Part shown: positions 45,094 through 54,963 of the stretch, piece by piece
Layout of the letters: the number at the start of each line of letters is the position of its first letter
Numbering within the stretch: the first letter of the stretch is position 1
NCBI GenBank assembly: GCA_026388095.1
Contig: JAPLKL010000041.1
Coordinates: 36,016 to 100,015, forward strand
Direction of reading: 5' to 3'
DNA: 64,000 nt
Source: Elusimicrobiota bacterium
GTDB lineage: Bacteria > Elusimicrobiota > Elusimicrobia > UBA1565 > UBA9628
Notes under the pieces: model-generated
Database searches by the model: none
Seen by the model: only the letters and a program-made list of their open reading frames with translations
What the model was told of the DNA's origin: nothing
Made by a program: the position numbers and the translations under genes

Positions 45094-45834
45094 TCACGGC
45101 TCCGGAGCCTTCTCCTGGGGAGGTTCCGACGACGCATCATCCGCAGGCCAGATGGGGGCGGCGGGCTCAGCGGGCGCTTCCGGCTCCGGCTCGGCGACCG
45201 GTTCGGCGGGCTGCGGCTCGGGAGCGGGCTCGCCGGCCTGCGGCTCCGGCACGGGAGCCGCGGCGACCTCGGGGGGAGCAGGATTCTCCGGGGCCTGGAA
45301 ATCGTCGATGGACGGCAGGTCCTCAAGGCTGCGCAAGCCGAAGTGGCGCATGAAGTCGGCCGTGGTCCCGTAGAGCAGCGGCCGCCCCACGCTCTCCTTG
45401 CGTCCCACGACCTTGATGAGGCGCTTCTCCAGGAGCGTCTCCAAGGCCGCGATGACCTCCACCCCGCGGATCTCCTCGATCTCGGCGCGGGTGAGGGGCT
45501 GCTTGTAGGCGATGATGGCCAAGGTCTCGTGCGCCGCGGTGGAAAGGCGCATGGTCATCCTCTCGGCGAAGAGCTTGCGCACCAGGTCGCCGTGGGTCGG
45601 CCGGGTGGCCATCTGGAAGCCTCCGGCGACTTCCAGGACCTGGAGGGCGGACTTCCGGTCCTCCAGGTTCTGACGGATAGCCCCCACCAAAGCGCCCAGG
45701 CGGGCGGTATCCTTGACCTTGGTGAGCTTGCGCAGCTCGTCGAGACTCAGCGGGTGGTCGGTGATGAAGAGCAGGGTCTCGAGCTGGCCCTTGAGCTCAT
45801 CATCCGGCAGGGGCGATGCTGGCGTCTGGGACAT
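45094..45834 (-). CDS. scpB: SMC-Scp complex subunit ScpB
   Basis: EVAGGFQMAT, ETLAIIAYKQPLTRAEIEEIRGV, GRPLLYGTT. Confidence 0.95.
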   Translation of the reverse strand: MSQTPASPLPDDELKGQLETLLFITDHPLSLDELRKLTKVKDTARLGALVGAIRQNLEDRKSALQVLEVAGGFQMATRPTHGDLVRKLFAERMTMRLSTAAHETLAIIAYKQPLTRAEIEEIRGVEVIAALETLLEKRLIKVVGRKESVGRPLLYGTTADFMRHFGLRSLEDLPSIDDFQAPENPAPPEVAAAPVPEPQAGEPAPEPQPAEPVAEPEPEAPAEPAAPIWPADDASSEPPQEKAPEP

Positions 45835-46537
45835 CGACGCGGACCTCCTTTTTGTAGACCATGATGGGGCCGAGATTCCCCTCTTGGCGCACGAAGACCT
45901 TCTCCATCTTGACGAGTTCGAGCATGGCCAGGAAGCAGGCGAGTATGCCCCGCCGCTTGCGCTCGTCGGAGAAGATCTCCACCCAGCTGAGCGCGGGCCG
46001 GCTCTCGAGGAGGAACATGATCTTGGCCATCTTCTCCTCGATGGGGAACTCCTCGCCGACCACCTCGCGGGTCTCATGCTTGGCGCGCTCGAGGATCTCG
46101 CGGAGGCTGCCGAGCAGGTCGAAGAGGTTCAGGTCCAGATTCTTCTGCGACTCGTCGAAAGTGGGCACGCCCCGGTAGAAGACGTCCTTGAACTCGTCGG
46201 CGCGCTTCTCCAGGAACTTGGCCGCCTCCTTGAACTTCTGGTACTCCAGGAGCTTGGCCTTGAGCTCGGCGGTCGGATCCGGGCCGGTCTCCTCCTCCTC
46301 GCCGGGATGGCTGGGCAGGAGGGCCCGCGCCTTGATGCCGATCAAGGTCGCGGCCATGACCAGGAACTCGCCGGCCAAGTCGAGGTTGAGTTCCTTCATC
46401 AGGTCGATATAGGCCAGGTACTCGTGCGTGATGTGGGCAAGGGGGATGTTGTTGATGTCGAGGTCGTCCCGCTTGACCAGGAACAGGAGCAGGTCGAGCG
46501 GCCCCTCGAACATCTCCAGATGGACTTGGTGGCTCAT
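45800..46537 (-). CDS. scpA: SMC-Scp complex subunit ScpA
   Basis: FEGPLDLLLFLV, EFLVMAATL..IKARALLP, FLAMLELVK. Confidence 0.95.
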   Translation of the reverse strand: MSHQVHLEMFEGPLDLLLFLVKRDDLDINNIPLAHITHEYLAYIDLMKELNLDLAGEFLVMAATLIGIKARALLPSHPGEEEETGPDPTAELKAKLLEYQKFKEAAKFLEKRADEFKDVFYRGVPTFDESQKNLDLNLFDLLGSLREILERAKHETREVVGEEFPIEEKMAKIMFLLESRPALSWVEIFSDERKRRGILACFLAMLELVKMEKVFVRQEGNLGPIMVYKKEVRVDVPDASIAPAG

Positions 46538-47607
46538 CTCAGCCTCATGGCGCGGCGGACCTGCTCCAAAGTGGACTTGGCGACGGCCGAGGCTTTGCGG
46601 GCGCCCTCGGCCAGTATCTCGTCGACTTTCTCGGGCTTGGCGGCGTAGCCTTCCCGGGCCTTGCGGAACTCGGCGAAGGGGCCGTCCAGGGACTGAAGCA
46701 GGCTCTTCTTGTCGGCCACGCAGCCCAAGCGGCCGGCGCGGCATTCCTCGCCAATCTTCTCCCAGTCCTGGGTGTAGAGCTTGTGCAGAGCGTAGACCGC
46801 GCAGCCGGGAGGGTTCTCGGGGCAAGGATCGGGATGGCCGGGAGTGTCCTTGCGGAGCTTCTGCGGGTCCGTGTACATGGACATGACCTTGGCTTTGAGC
46901 GAGTCCGCGGTCTCGTAGATGTTCACGGCGTTGCCGTAGGACTTGGACATCTTGCGGCCGTCGCAGCCAGGGACCTTGGGAGTCTGGGTCAGCAAGGGCT
47001 GGGGCTCGGAGAGCACGGGACCGTAGATGTGGTTGAATTTGCGCGCGATCTCGCGGGAGAGCTCGACATGCGGGAGTTGGTCCTGGCCGACCGGCACGCG
47101 ACCGCCCTTGTAGAGCAGGATGTCCGCGGCCTGCAGGACCGGATAGCCCAAGAAACCGAAGGTGCGGATCTCGGACTTGGCGGCCGCCTCGCCCTCAGAC
47201 GCCTTGTGGTCCTCCCCGTCGGCCGCCTTGCTCAGCTTGGTCTTGGACAGCTCCTGGAGCTGTTCCTTCCATGTGGGATTATTCTCCAGCCAGGACAACG
47301 GGGTCACCATGCCGAGCAGGACCGCGAGCTCCGCGTGCTCGGACACGTCGGACTGCTTGAAGATGACGCATTTGGCGGGATCGAGGCCGGCGGCCAGCCA
47401 ATCGAGCACCATCTCGCGAATATTATCTTGAAGGGCCGAGGTGTCCGAGTAGCCAGTGGTGAGCATGTGCCAGTCCGCCACGAAGAAGTAGCAGTCGTAG
47501 CGGTCTTGCAGGGAGACCCAGTTCTTGAGCGCGCCCCAAGAGTGGCCGATGTGCAGACGGCCGGTGGGCCGCATCCCGGAGACCACGACTTCCCGGCGGT
47601 CTGGCAT
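46534..47607 (-). CDS. trpS: Tryptophan-tRNA ligase
   Basis: SGMRPTGRLHIGH, YPVLQAADIL, VPVGQDQ, KMSKS. Confidence 0.97.
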   Translation of the reverse strand: MPDRREVVVSGMRPTGRLHIGHSWGALKNWVSLQDRYDCYFFVADWHMLTTGYSDTSALQDNIREMVLDWLAAGLDPAKCVIFKQSDVSEHAELAVLLGMVTPLSWLENNPTWKEQLQELSKTKLSKAADGEDHKASEGEAAAKSEIRTFGFLGYPVLQAADILLYKGGRVPVGQDQLPHVELSREIARKFNHIYGPVLSEPQPLLTQTPKVPGCDGRKMSKSYGNAVNIYETADSLKAKVMSMYTDPQKLRKDTPGHPDPCPENPPGCAVYALHKLYTQDWEKIGEECRAGRLGCVADKKSLLQSLDGPFAEFRKAREGYAAKPEKVDEILAEGARKASAVAKSTLEQVRRAMRLR

Positions 47608-47648
47608 GGGGTGTATCTTAGCGAATTGCCCAGGGGGACACAAGAAAA

Positions 47649-48056
47649 TTAAGCGCCGGGGACCATCCGGAATCCGGCTTTGGCGAAATCCTCGTCAAAA
47701 GCGAAGACCGCGTCCGCTTTGAGCTCCGCCATGAGGGCCATGGAAACGCAGTCCGTGAAGCTCAGCCTCTTGTCCTTGTATCTGCTCATGACCTGGAGCG
47801 CGGCGCGCTCCAGGTCCGCGTCCACATAAGAGATGGAGCAGAGGCGGCTCTTGAGGATGATGTCGGCGAAGGCCAGGGCCGCCTCGCAGCCGACGCAGTA
47901 GCGCAGCCTGGTGATGGTCTCGTCTACCACGTAGTTGCTGGTCAAAAGCCGGTCCGCCGAAGTCAGGGTCTCGTAGAAGCGTTTGGCCCGCGGGTGCAGG
48001 ACGTCCGAGCGGTCTTCCAGGGCGATGAAGGCGCTGGTGTCTACGAAAATCTTCAC
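47649..48056 (-). CDS. vapC: VapC-family PIN-domain toxin
   Basis: IFVDTSAFIAL...VVDET...LSFTDCVS...FAFDEDF. Confidence 0.92.
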   Translation of the reverse strand: MKIFVDTSAFIALEDRSDVLHPRAKRFYETLTSADRLLTSNYVVDETITRLRYCVGCEAALAFADIILKSRLCSISYVDADLERAALQVMSRYKDKRLSFTDCVSMALMAELKADAVFAFDEDFAKAGFRMVPGA

Positions 48057-48307
48057 GCGGCGTCGCCGTAGATGTCCCGGTCATGGCGCACGGCGCCGTC
48101 GGTCAGGCCGCTCTCGCATGCGCCGATCAGCCGTTGGAAGGGGTCCTTTTTGGGGTCCACGGTCTTTTCATCGCACCCGATGTGGTAGGCCAATTCAATG
48201 GCGTCGCGGACCAGCTGGGCCAGGCTCTTGCGCTCCTTGGCGGCCCTGATCTTTAGCGCCTCCAAAGTCTTCTCAGGAAGGCGGATGTTAGTGGCTGTGT
48301 ATTTCAC
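48053..48307 (-). CDS. vapB: CopG/RHH-type antitoxin (VapB-like)
   Basis: TNIRLP...LKIRAAKERKSLAQLVRDAI; C-terminal HDRDIYG; 4-nt overlap with the PIN gene. Confidence 0.85.
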   Translation of the reverse strand: MKYTATNIRLPEKTLEALKIRAAKERKSLAQLVRDAIELAYHIGCDEKTVDPKKDPFQRLIGACESGLTDGAVRHDRDIYGDAA

Positions 48308-48343
48308 GATATCATGATACCATGATATCGCATGGATTTCAAG
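48307..48343 (-). promoter_or_regulatory. TA promoter TTGAAA-N17-TATCAT overlapped by palindromic operator
   Basis: cgatatcatg-atac-catgatatcg perfect inverted repeat at 48307-48330; GTG start 6 nt after the -10. Confidence 0.8.
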
Positions 48344-48370
48344 CCTTGCAATGAGCTCTTCAGAAGAAAG

Positions 48371-49483
48371 TCAAAGCCTGACACCCAACCAGGCCAGGGC
48401 TTCCGCGCGCGAGCGGATGCGGCCCGTCCATTGCGCGCGCGCGGCCTCATCGAGCATGGCGCGGAACTCCGGGCCCGGCTTCAAGCCTGCGGCCTGAAGG
48501 TCCGAACCTCCCAAGAACAATGGCTGCAAGGCGGTCTTGGGCAGGCGCGGCAAGACCAAAGCCACGAGACGTGCGGCCTCGGGAGAAAGCGCGACCCGGG
48601 GAGACGCCTTCTCCCGGCAAACGCGCAGCGCCTCCTTGATGCGCCGCGCCAAGGAATGCTCCACGGGCAGCCCGGCCAGGAACTCCTCGGCCTTGCCGCC
48701 CAAGGCAAAAGACAACGCGCCTAGCCGCTCCTCGACCGTATCTCCCTTGGCCTTCGCGGGCAGGTCGGGATAGACCAGATCGAGGTAACCCCACTCCCGC
48801 AAGCGCCGCAATGGCGCCTGAGGATTCTCCTCAGCCAGCACGCGCAGGAGCTCCTGCGCGATGCGGTGGCGGGAGAGCCGCCCCGCGATGCAGCCGTAGA
48901 GCGACTGGCGGACCATGATCCCGAAGCCGGGGGCGGGCTGAAGATTCAGGCGGCACAGGAAGCGCGCGGCGCGGAAGACCCGCGTGGGGTCGTCGCGGAA
49001 GCTGGCCTCATGCAGGACGCGCAGCACCCCGGCCTTGAGGTCGCGCAGTCCTCCGTAGGGGTCCACCAGAGCCCCCGCGCCGTCGGGCTCCACGCGCACG
49101 GCCATGGCGTTGATGGTGAAGTCCCGGCGGAACAGGTCGCGCTCCAAGGGCGCGGGCTTGACCTTGGGCAGGCAGGCCGGCTCCGGATACTCCTCCTGCC
49201 GCGAGGCCGCGAAATCGACGCGCAAGTCAGCCCCCTTGACCCGCAGGGTCCCGAAAGCGCCGAAGGCCTCCGCCTTGCCGCCCAACTGCCGGGCGCAGAG
49301 CTTGGCCAGGCCGCCGGGGTCCCCCTCGGTCACGAGGTCAAGGTCCTTGACGTCCTTGCGCCCCAGGATCCAGTCCCGGACGCAGCCGCCCACAGCGTAG
49401 AGGGGCAGGCCTTGGCGGCGGGCGCTCTGCGCGAGCGGGCGCAGGAGCTTCAGCGTTCGAGCCGGGATGCGCGGTCCGGTCAT
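48371..49483 (-). CDS. cca: tRNA nucleotidyltransferase (CCA or A-adding type)
   Basis: YAVGGCVRD, DLDL, DLFRRDFTINAMA, FRDDPTRVFRAARF. Confidence 0.9.
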   Translation of the reverse strand: MTGPRIPARTLKLLRPLAQSARRQGLPLYAVGGCVRDWILGRKDVKDLDLVTEGDPGGLAKLCARQLGGKAEAFGAFGTLRVKGADLRVDFAASRQEEYPEPACLPKVKPAPLERDLFRRDFTINAMAVRVEPDGAGALVDPYGGLRDLKAGVLRVLHEASFRDDPTRVFRAARFLCRLNLQPAPGFGIMVRQSLYGCIAGRLSRHRIAQELLRVLAEENPQAPLRRLREWGYLDLVYPDLPAKAKGDTVEERLGALSFALGGKAEEFLAGLPVEHSLARRIKEALRVCREKASPRVALSPEAARLVALVLPRLPKTALQPLFLGGSDLQAAGLKPGPEFRAMLDEAARAQWTGRIRSRAEALAWLGVRL

Positions 49484-50139
49484 CAGCGTAGGGCCGGAGG
49501 CAGCGCGCCGTCGGCCGCGGTGCGCAAGACGCCGAGATAGGATTGGTAGGCGGTCAGGCGGTCGTTGGCCGCGAGCAGCGTCTCCAGGCCGGCGATCATG
49601 TTGGCGCGGGTGATCCCTGCGCCCTTCCTGGCGGGAGCGTAGGGCAAGGACGCGGGGATGCCCAATCTCCGGGCCAGGCCGGGCCGCACATGATAGAGGG
49701 AGAGGCCCAGTTCCCGCGCCACGAACTCCATCACCTCGACCTCCTCGCCGCGGTAGTCGTCCTCGCTGAGGAGCGCGCCCAAGGTCTCCGGCCCGAAGCA
49801 GATCTCCGGCTCCAGGTCCAACGGCAGCTTATCGCCCATAGCCTTCTTGAACTCCTTGAAATCCTCCGCCATCTTGAGCCGCCAGCGGCTCTCCTCGGCC
49901 TGGAAGGACGCCGGGAAGACGAAGAACAGGATGTCGGCCGCGGGTGCGAAGAAGATGTAGGGCGCGTCCGCGAAGAAGGCGGCGCCGCAGGCGGGGCAGA
50001 TGAGCAGGTTCATCTCCTTGGCCGCCACGGCCTCGCGCAGCTCCGGGCTGCGGTCGCCGTTTATGAAGCTCCAGACCTCGGCCTCGAAGGGCTCGCAGCC
50101 CTGGGGACAGCGCGCCTCGATGACGCCCTTGATCGACAT
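49483..50139 (-). CDS. CpXC-domain protein
   Basis: CPQGC...VWSFIN....PELRE...ICPACG. Confidence 0.75.
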   Translation of the reverse strand: MSIKGVIEARCPQGCEPFEAEVWSFINGDRSPELREAVAAKEMNLLICPACGAAFFADAPYIFFAPAADILFFVFPASFQAEESRWRLKMAEDFKEFKKAMGDKLPLDLEPEICFGPETLGALLSEDDYRGEEVEVMEFVARELGLSLYHVRPGLARRLGIPASLPYAPARKGAGITRANMIAGLETLLAANDRLTAYQSYLGVLRTAADGALPPALR

Positions 50140-50183
50140 GGCGGCTACATTATAGCTCTTCGCGTCCGGCCCGATGACGCCTC

Positions 50184-51698
50184 TCAGGGCAGACCGGCCT
50201 TGATCTGGGCCGAGAGGCCGAGGACCTTGTCCACGTATTGCTGGGAGTGGTTGTAGCCGTAGATGGAGCGGGACACGTCGCCGGCGTAGCCGTGGCGGTT
50301 GAGGTAGTTGGCCACGGAGAGCACGGAGTCGGGGAAGCTGAAGGGGTCGCGGCCGCCGCCGTCGGCGTCGCGGGCGTAGGCCTCCCAGCTGGTGGGGAGG
50401 AACTGCGGCACGCCCATGGCGCCGGCCCAGGAGCCGCGGACCTGCGTCGGCTTCAAGTCCCCAAGATCCCCTTGGGCCGTCAGCCGCGTCAGGGCGGCCA
50501 GATCGCGCTGGGCTTGGAGGGCGCGGCTGGTGGGGCGCCCGTTGGAACCGAGCTGGCCGGACAGCGTGAGCAAGGTGTCGCGCAGGGGGTGGCCTCCCGT
50601 GTTGTGGCCGAAGCTGGTCTCCACGCCGAGGATGCCCAGGATATGCTGGGGCTGGACGCCGTATTCCTTCAGCGCGCGGTCGAAGACCGTGCGGTTCTTC
50701 TGATAGGCGTCCAGGGCCCCGCGGGGCGGCGGCGCGCGCGGCGCGGGCCGCGGTTCGTCTACGTGCTTGAGGATCTCGGCGCGGGTCGCCGGGTCGGGAG
50801 GATTGGCCACGACCTGCTGCGCGGCCGCGGCGTAGGCGGCGGGCGCGACGGCCGCAGCGGGCGGGATGTCGGCGCGCGCCAAGGCCAGGTCCGCGTCCTC
50901 GTCCTGCGCGCTGCGGCCGCTGGCCTCGAGCACCGCAGCCGCGGCCCGCTGGCGCTCCAGCGGCGTCACCGGCCGGCCGGAGGCCTGCAGCTGCGCCAGC
51001 GCACCGCGCACGCCCTCGTCCACCTTTCGGTCGGCGTCGATCTGCTGCAGGATCGCGGCGGCGAGATGCGGCTCGTCCTGCATGACCTGACCGGAGTCTC
51101 CGACGATCTTCAGGTCCCGCGCCGCGGCCAGCACGCCGGCGACCTTGGCAGACAAACGTTCGTCCTTGGAGAGCCCGGCTGTCTCCGCCTCCAAGGCCAG
51201 ACGCTCGCGGCGGCTGTCCCCCTCACGCGGGGGCTCGCCGGCGTCCCGGGCCGGGGCGGCGGCGCCCCGCGGCACGACGGCGCCTCGTGGGGCGGCGGTT
51301 GGCGCACCCGGGGAAGCTTGGGCCGAGGGTCCCGCCGGGAGATAACGGGCGGAGGAGCCGGCGGTGAAGCCGGAGTCCAAGCCCGCGAGACGAAACGCCG
51401 GAGTTCGGAGGCCGGCCCGGAACGGCCGCCCTTCTCCAGGAGGCGGGGGCTCCAAGGCAGGCGCGTCGACGGCCTCGGGATATCCGACGCGCGGGTCTTC
51501 CCCTGAGGGCGGCACGCTCACGGCGGCGGCCGACGCGCCCGCGCTCCGCGGCTGCGGCCGGCCCTGCGCGACCAACACCGCGCCGATGCCGGGCGGTCCC
51601 AGCCTCCTGGGGCCGCGCTGGGAGTACCAGGCGAGAGCGCTCAAGCCTGCGGCGGCCGCGACCAAGAGCAGGGCCTTGGGGCCCGATCCGGACTCCAT
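50184..51698 (-). CDS. Membrane-anchored lytic transglycosylase (MltB/SLT_2 family)
   Basis: GILGVETSFG, GSWAGAMGVPQFLPTS, SVANYL, YNHSQQY; N-terminal TM and Pro/Ala linker; TTGACG-N17-TAAACT promoter. Confidence 0.88.
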   Translation of the reverse strand: MESGSGPKALLLVAAAAGLSALAWYSQRGPRRLGPPGIGAVLVAQGRPQPRSAGASAAAVSVPPSGEDPRVGYPEAVDAPALEPPPPGEGRPFRAGLRTPAFRLAGLDSGFTAGSSARYLPAGPSAQASPGAPTAAPRGAVVPRGAAAPARDAGEPPREGDSRRERLALEAETAGLSKDERLSAKVAGVLAAARDLKIVGDSGQVMQDEPHLAAAILQQIDADRKVDEGVRGALAQLQASGRPVTPLERQRAAAAVLEASGRSAQDEDADLALARADIPPAAAVAPAAYAAAAQQVVANPPDPATRAEILKHVDEPRPAPRAPPPRGALDAYQKNRTVFDRALKEYGVQPQHILGILGVETSFGHNTGGHPLRDTLLTLSGQLGSNGRPTSRALQAQRDLAALTRLTAQGDLGDLKPTQVRGSWAGAMGVPQFLPTSWEAYARDADGGGRDPFSFPDSVLSVANYLNRHGYAGDVSRSIYGYNHSQQYVDKVLGLSAQIKAGLP

Positions 51699-51740
51699 GC
51701 CAGTGAGTTTAAGCTGAAAGGCCCCCAGCGTCAAGGCCGT

Positions 51741-54700
51741 TCACTGCGAGATGCGCTTGAAATACTCCTTGATGACCTCGTCGTAGGAGGCGGGCCGCTT
51801 CTCGCGCAAGGAGCGTTCCAGCTCCTCGCGCAGCTCCTTGGGCGGCAGGTAGTCCTTGGCCTTGGGCAAGGGCACGAACTCGACGCGCGCGCCCATGCCC
51901 CCCCCGCCCGACATCGAGCGCACTCCGCCGGCCGGCTGGGAGAAACCCGCGTTGATGCCGATCTCGATCTGCTTCTGGGCCGCGGCCGAGCGCTGCAGGT
52001 CCTGGCCGCCCTGCTCCAGCAGCTGCAGGGCCTTCTCCTGATGGCTCAGCGCCGAGGCCGAATCGCCCCCGCCCAGGTCTTTCTCGGCTGAGCCTTGCTC
52101 GCCTTGAGCGGCTTCCAGCTTGGCCGCGGCCTCGGGCGGGGCCGCGCCGAGGTCCTCGACCAGGGATTCCAGCTCGTGCTGCAGCCCGGCGGTCTGGCTC
52201 CTCACTTCGGCCTGCCGCCGCGCCGCGGCCGCGGTCTCGTCGTCCGGCCCCGACGGCGGAGGGGAAGCCGGGGCTTCGTCGAGGCGGCGGCCGATCTCCT
52301 CCTGCGCGGAGGCGAAGCTCTGCATGGCCGCGCCGTGGCCGGCCCGGCCCGAGGGCAGCCGTGCCGAGGCGCGCAGCGAGAAGACGGCGGCAGCCACGAG
52401 GCTACCGGCCCGGCTGACGCGTCCGGAAGCGAACTCATCGCGCAGGGCCTTCATCATGGGCGGGACCTCGGCCGGAAAAGCCTCCCCGTAAGCCGCGGCC
52501 GACGAGAGGAGCACGGATTCATCGGCCGCGAGCTTGGCCAGCAGGTCCTTCTGCGCGGCCACGAAACGCTGCCGCCGGCGTTCTTCCAGGCTTTGGCTCT
52601 TCTCCGCCAGGCGGGTCTGGCCCTCGACCACTTCGGACCACCGGGCTTGCAGCCTCTCCAGGCGCGCCGAGCCCTGCCGCGGCGCAGCGCCCGCCGCCCC
52701 CGCGGCGGCCGCCGCCGTGACCGCGTTCTCGATGGCCGCGAGCTGCGCCGCCAGTTCCTTGGCGATGGCCGCGGCCGCGGCGTAGTCGCCCGCGCGCAGG
52801 GCCGCCTGCAATGCGTCGGCCGAAGTCTGGGCCGCCAGCAGGGGCATGCTATAGCTGCGCCGGGACTTGTCTTCGGCTCCGCCGGGCTGGGCCTGGGGCA
52901 GGGCCGCGATGGATTTCTGGAGCCGGTCCATGCGCTCCTGCAGGCTCTTGAGAGCCTCCTGGACCTGCCGCAAGGCCTCCGCCGAGGGCCGCCCCTTGCG
53001 GCTGCCGGACAGCGATTCCAGCTCCGCGGCGAGTTGCTCGCCGTCCTGGCTCATCCGGCCGGCCTGCATGTAGAAATCCTGCAGGTCCTGGAGCGGACGG
53101 CCGTTCTTGAGGAGCCTCTCCGCGCGCCGCGCCGCGGCCGCCAGCCGCGCGTGGCGGGCGCGCGCCGCGGCGGCGTCCGAGACCCGGTCCGCGGCCAAGG
53201 CCGCGGGCAGGTCCCGGCCCGCGCTGTCTTTAAGCCGGTCGGCCAATCCAGACACTTCCTCCCGCAGCCCGGGGTTGGCATAGGCGTCGCGGTCCATGGC
53301 CCGCGCCAGCTCCTCGGCCGCCGCCGCGGCGTCCTTCCAGGCCTCGGGCAGGCCGGAGAGCCTCTGGCGGGCCCCCTCGAATTCGCCGGCCGCATAAAGG
53401 TCGCGCAGCGTCTCCTCTCGGCTGGCCAGCGCGCCGAGGGCCGCCTCGGCTCTGCGCCAGCTCCGCTGGGCCGCCAGGTGCCCGGCCGCGAAGTCGACGA
53501 TCTCCACCAGTCCGGGCTCGGAGAGCCCGGTCTGCGGCGGGACCGCATCGTCATAGGCCTTGATCTGGAAGGCGATCTTGGCCCCGACCGGCAGTCCGGA
53601 GAGCGGCCAGGGGTAGTCCCCGATGGACTCCTTGGGCGCTTCGCGGCCGAAACGCCGCAGGGCCAGCTCCTTGGGCGGCTGCCCCGGGACGCGCACCAGC
53701 AGAGCCACGCGGCTGAGGGCCGAGTCGTCGCGCGCGGCGTACGCGACCGGCAGAGAGTCCGACGGGTCCGCTTGGACCGGCTGGATGGGCGAGAGCAGCT
53801 GCGCGACGGGCGGCTCGTCCGGGACCACCCTGAGAGAATAGACGATCGGCGCCGGGTCCCGGCGGCCGTCCGCGGTCTCCAGATCGAACTGGAAGCTCCC
53901 GTCGTCCTGGGCCGTGAAGCCCGCCTCGCAGGCCGCGGCCGGCGGGCAGTTCATCGGCGCCGGGGCAGGGAGGAAGGCGGCGCGCAAGACCGCCTTGGCC
54001 AGAGGCTGATTGGGCCGGCCGGAGATCCGTACCCAGGTCCCCCGGCGCGCAGCCAGGGGCTCGGCCCCGCTCAAGGGCACGACCGCGGCCAGGCCCGCGA
54101 GCCGGGCCTGCAGCGACTCCAGCTGCGGGACGGACTCGGGCGAAAGCCGGTACACGCGGCTCTCCAGGCCCCGCCAGGTCAGCCGGTACTGCAGGGGCTC
54201 GGCCACGGAGGCCACGGTGAAGGAAGCTCCTTGCGGGAACTGGCGCTCCCAAGGGACCAGGCTCCAGGGGCCCACGGTCCTCAGCCAAAGCCTCGTCTCC
54301 GCGGCGCGGCGCGGCCCTCCGGCCGTCCCCAAGAGGCGCACTGAGACCTCTGCCGGCTGGCCGAGGCTCCAGACCGAATCTCCGGGCTGGACCGAAAGGA
54401 ATGCCTCCAAGGCCACGTCGCGCCACGGCGCCAGGACGCGCGGCCAGGACGCCTTCGCCAGCCAGGGCCAAGTGAGCACGCCCAGCAGGGCGGCAGCGGC
54501 GACGCGGCGCAGGTGCGTAGACGGCCTCCATTGGAAAGCGGGCCGGTCGGGGAGGGCTGCGAGCAGCCTTTCCGTGGCCTCGACGTGGGCCCGGGTGAGT
54601 TGTGGAGAGGTATGGGCCGGAGGCGTTCGCCGCAGCTCCCAGGCCGGGATGAGGTGCTGCCGCAATCCCGGGAACTCCAACGCGGCTCCGTCGAGCACCG

Positions 54701-54944
54701 TCAGCCAGAGATTCAGGCGCCAAGGCCGCCAGAGCAGGACCCAGGCTCCGGCGAGCACGGCCGCGAGGCCCGCCAGCCAGACCACGGCGCGCGCGGCCTG
54801 GGGCAGGAGGATGATCTGGTCGAGCCAGAGCGCCGCGCTCAGGGCCGCCAGGCTCCAGGCCAGCAGCCTGCCGCCGCCTTCGCAGAGCAAGGCCCGGGCG
54901 CGTTGGCCGCGCCAGGCCCGGGCGCGCTCGAGCAGGAGGGACAT
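51741..54944 (-). CDS. DUF4175-like large membrane/coiled-coil protein
   Basis: N-terminal TMs, PDEPPV...ARDDSALSRV Ig-like part, helical Q/E/A-rich C-half ending YDEVIKEYFKRI. Confidence 0.7.
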   Translation of the reverse strand: MSLLLERARAWRGQRARALLCEGGGRLLAWSLAALSAALWLDQIILLPQAARAVVWLAGLAAVLAGAWVLLWRPWRLNLWLTVLDGAALEFPGLRQHLIPAWELRRTPPAHTSPQLTRAHVEATERLLAALPDRPAFQWRPSTHLRRVAAAALLGVLTWPWLAKASWPRVLAPWRDVALEAFLSVQPGDSVWSLGQPAEVSVRLLGTAGGPRRAAETRLWLRTVGPWSLVPWERQFPQGASFTVASVAEPLQYRLTWRGLESRVYRLSPESVPQLESLQARLAGLAAVVPLSGAEPLAARRGTWVRISGRPNQPLAKAVLRAAFLPAPAPMNCPPAAACEAGFTAQDDGSFQFDLETADGRRDPAPIVYSLRVVPDEPPVAQLLSPIQPVQADPSDSLPVAYAARDDSALSRVALLVRVPGQPPKELALRRFGREAPKESIGDYPWPLSGLPVGAKIAFQIKAYDDAVPPQTGLSEPGLVEIVDFAAGHLAAQRSWRRAEAALGALASREETLRDLYAAGEFEGARQRLSGLPEAWKDAAAAAEELARAMDRDAYANPGLREEVSGLADRLKDSAGRDLPAALAADRVSDAAAARARHARLAAAARRAERLLKNGRPLQDLQDFYMQAGRMSQDGEQLAAELESLSGSRKGRPSAEALRQVQEALKSLQERMDRLQKSIAALPQAQPGGAEDKSRRSYSMPLLAAQTSADALQAALRAGDYAAAAAIAKELAAQLAAIENAVTAAAAAGAAGAAPRQGSARLERLQARWSEVVEGQTRLAEKSQSLEERRRQRFVAAQKDLLAKLAADESVLLSSAAAYGEAFPAEVPPMMKALRDEFASGRVSRAGSLVAAAVFSLRASARLPSGRAGHGAAMQSFASAQEEIGRRLDEAPASPPPSGPDDETAAAARRQAEVRSQTAGLQHELESLVEDLGAAPPEAAAKLEAAQGEQGSAEKDLGGGDSASALSHQEKALQLLEQGGQDLQRSAAAQKQIEIGINAGFSQPAGGVRSMSGGGGMGARVEFVPLPKAKDYLPPKELREELERSLREKRPASYDEVIKEYFKRISQ

Positions 54945-54963
54945 GCGGGCATTATACAAGAAT

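Noticed and set aside
47170-47250. Short charged insertion in TrpRS (SKTKLSKAADGEDHKASEGEAAAK)
   Set aside because: Falls in a variable loop; too short and lacks motifs for an intein or extra domain
47649-48343. TA module as marker of a prophage or integrative element
   Set aside because: No integrase, transposase, att repeats or cargo; flanked directly by cca and trpS
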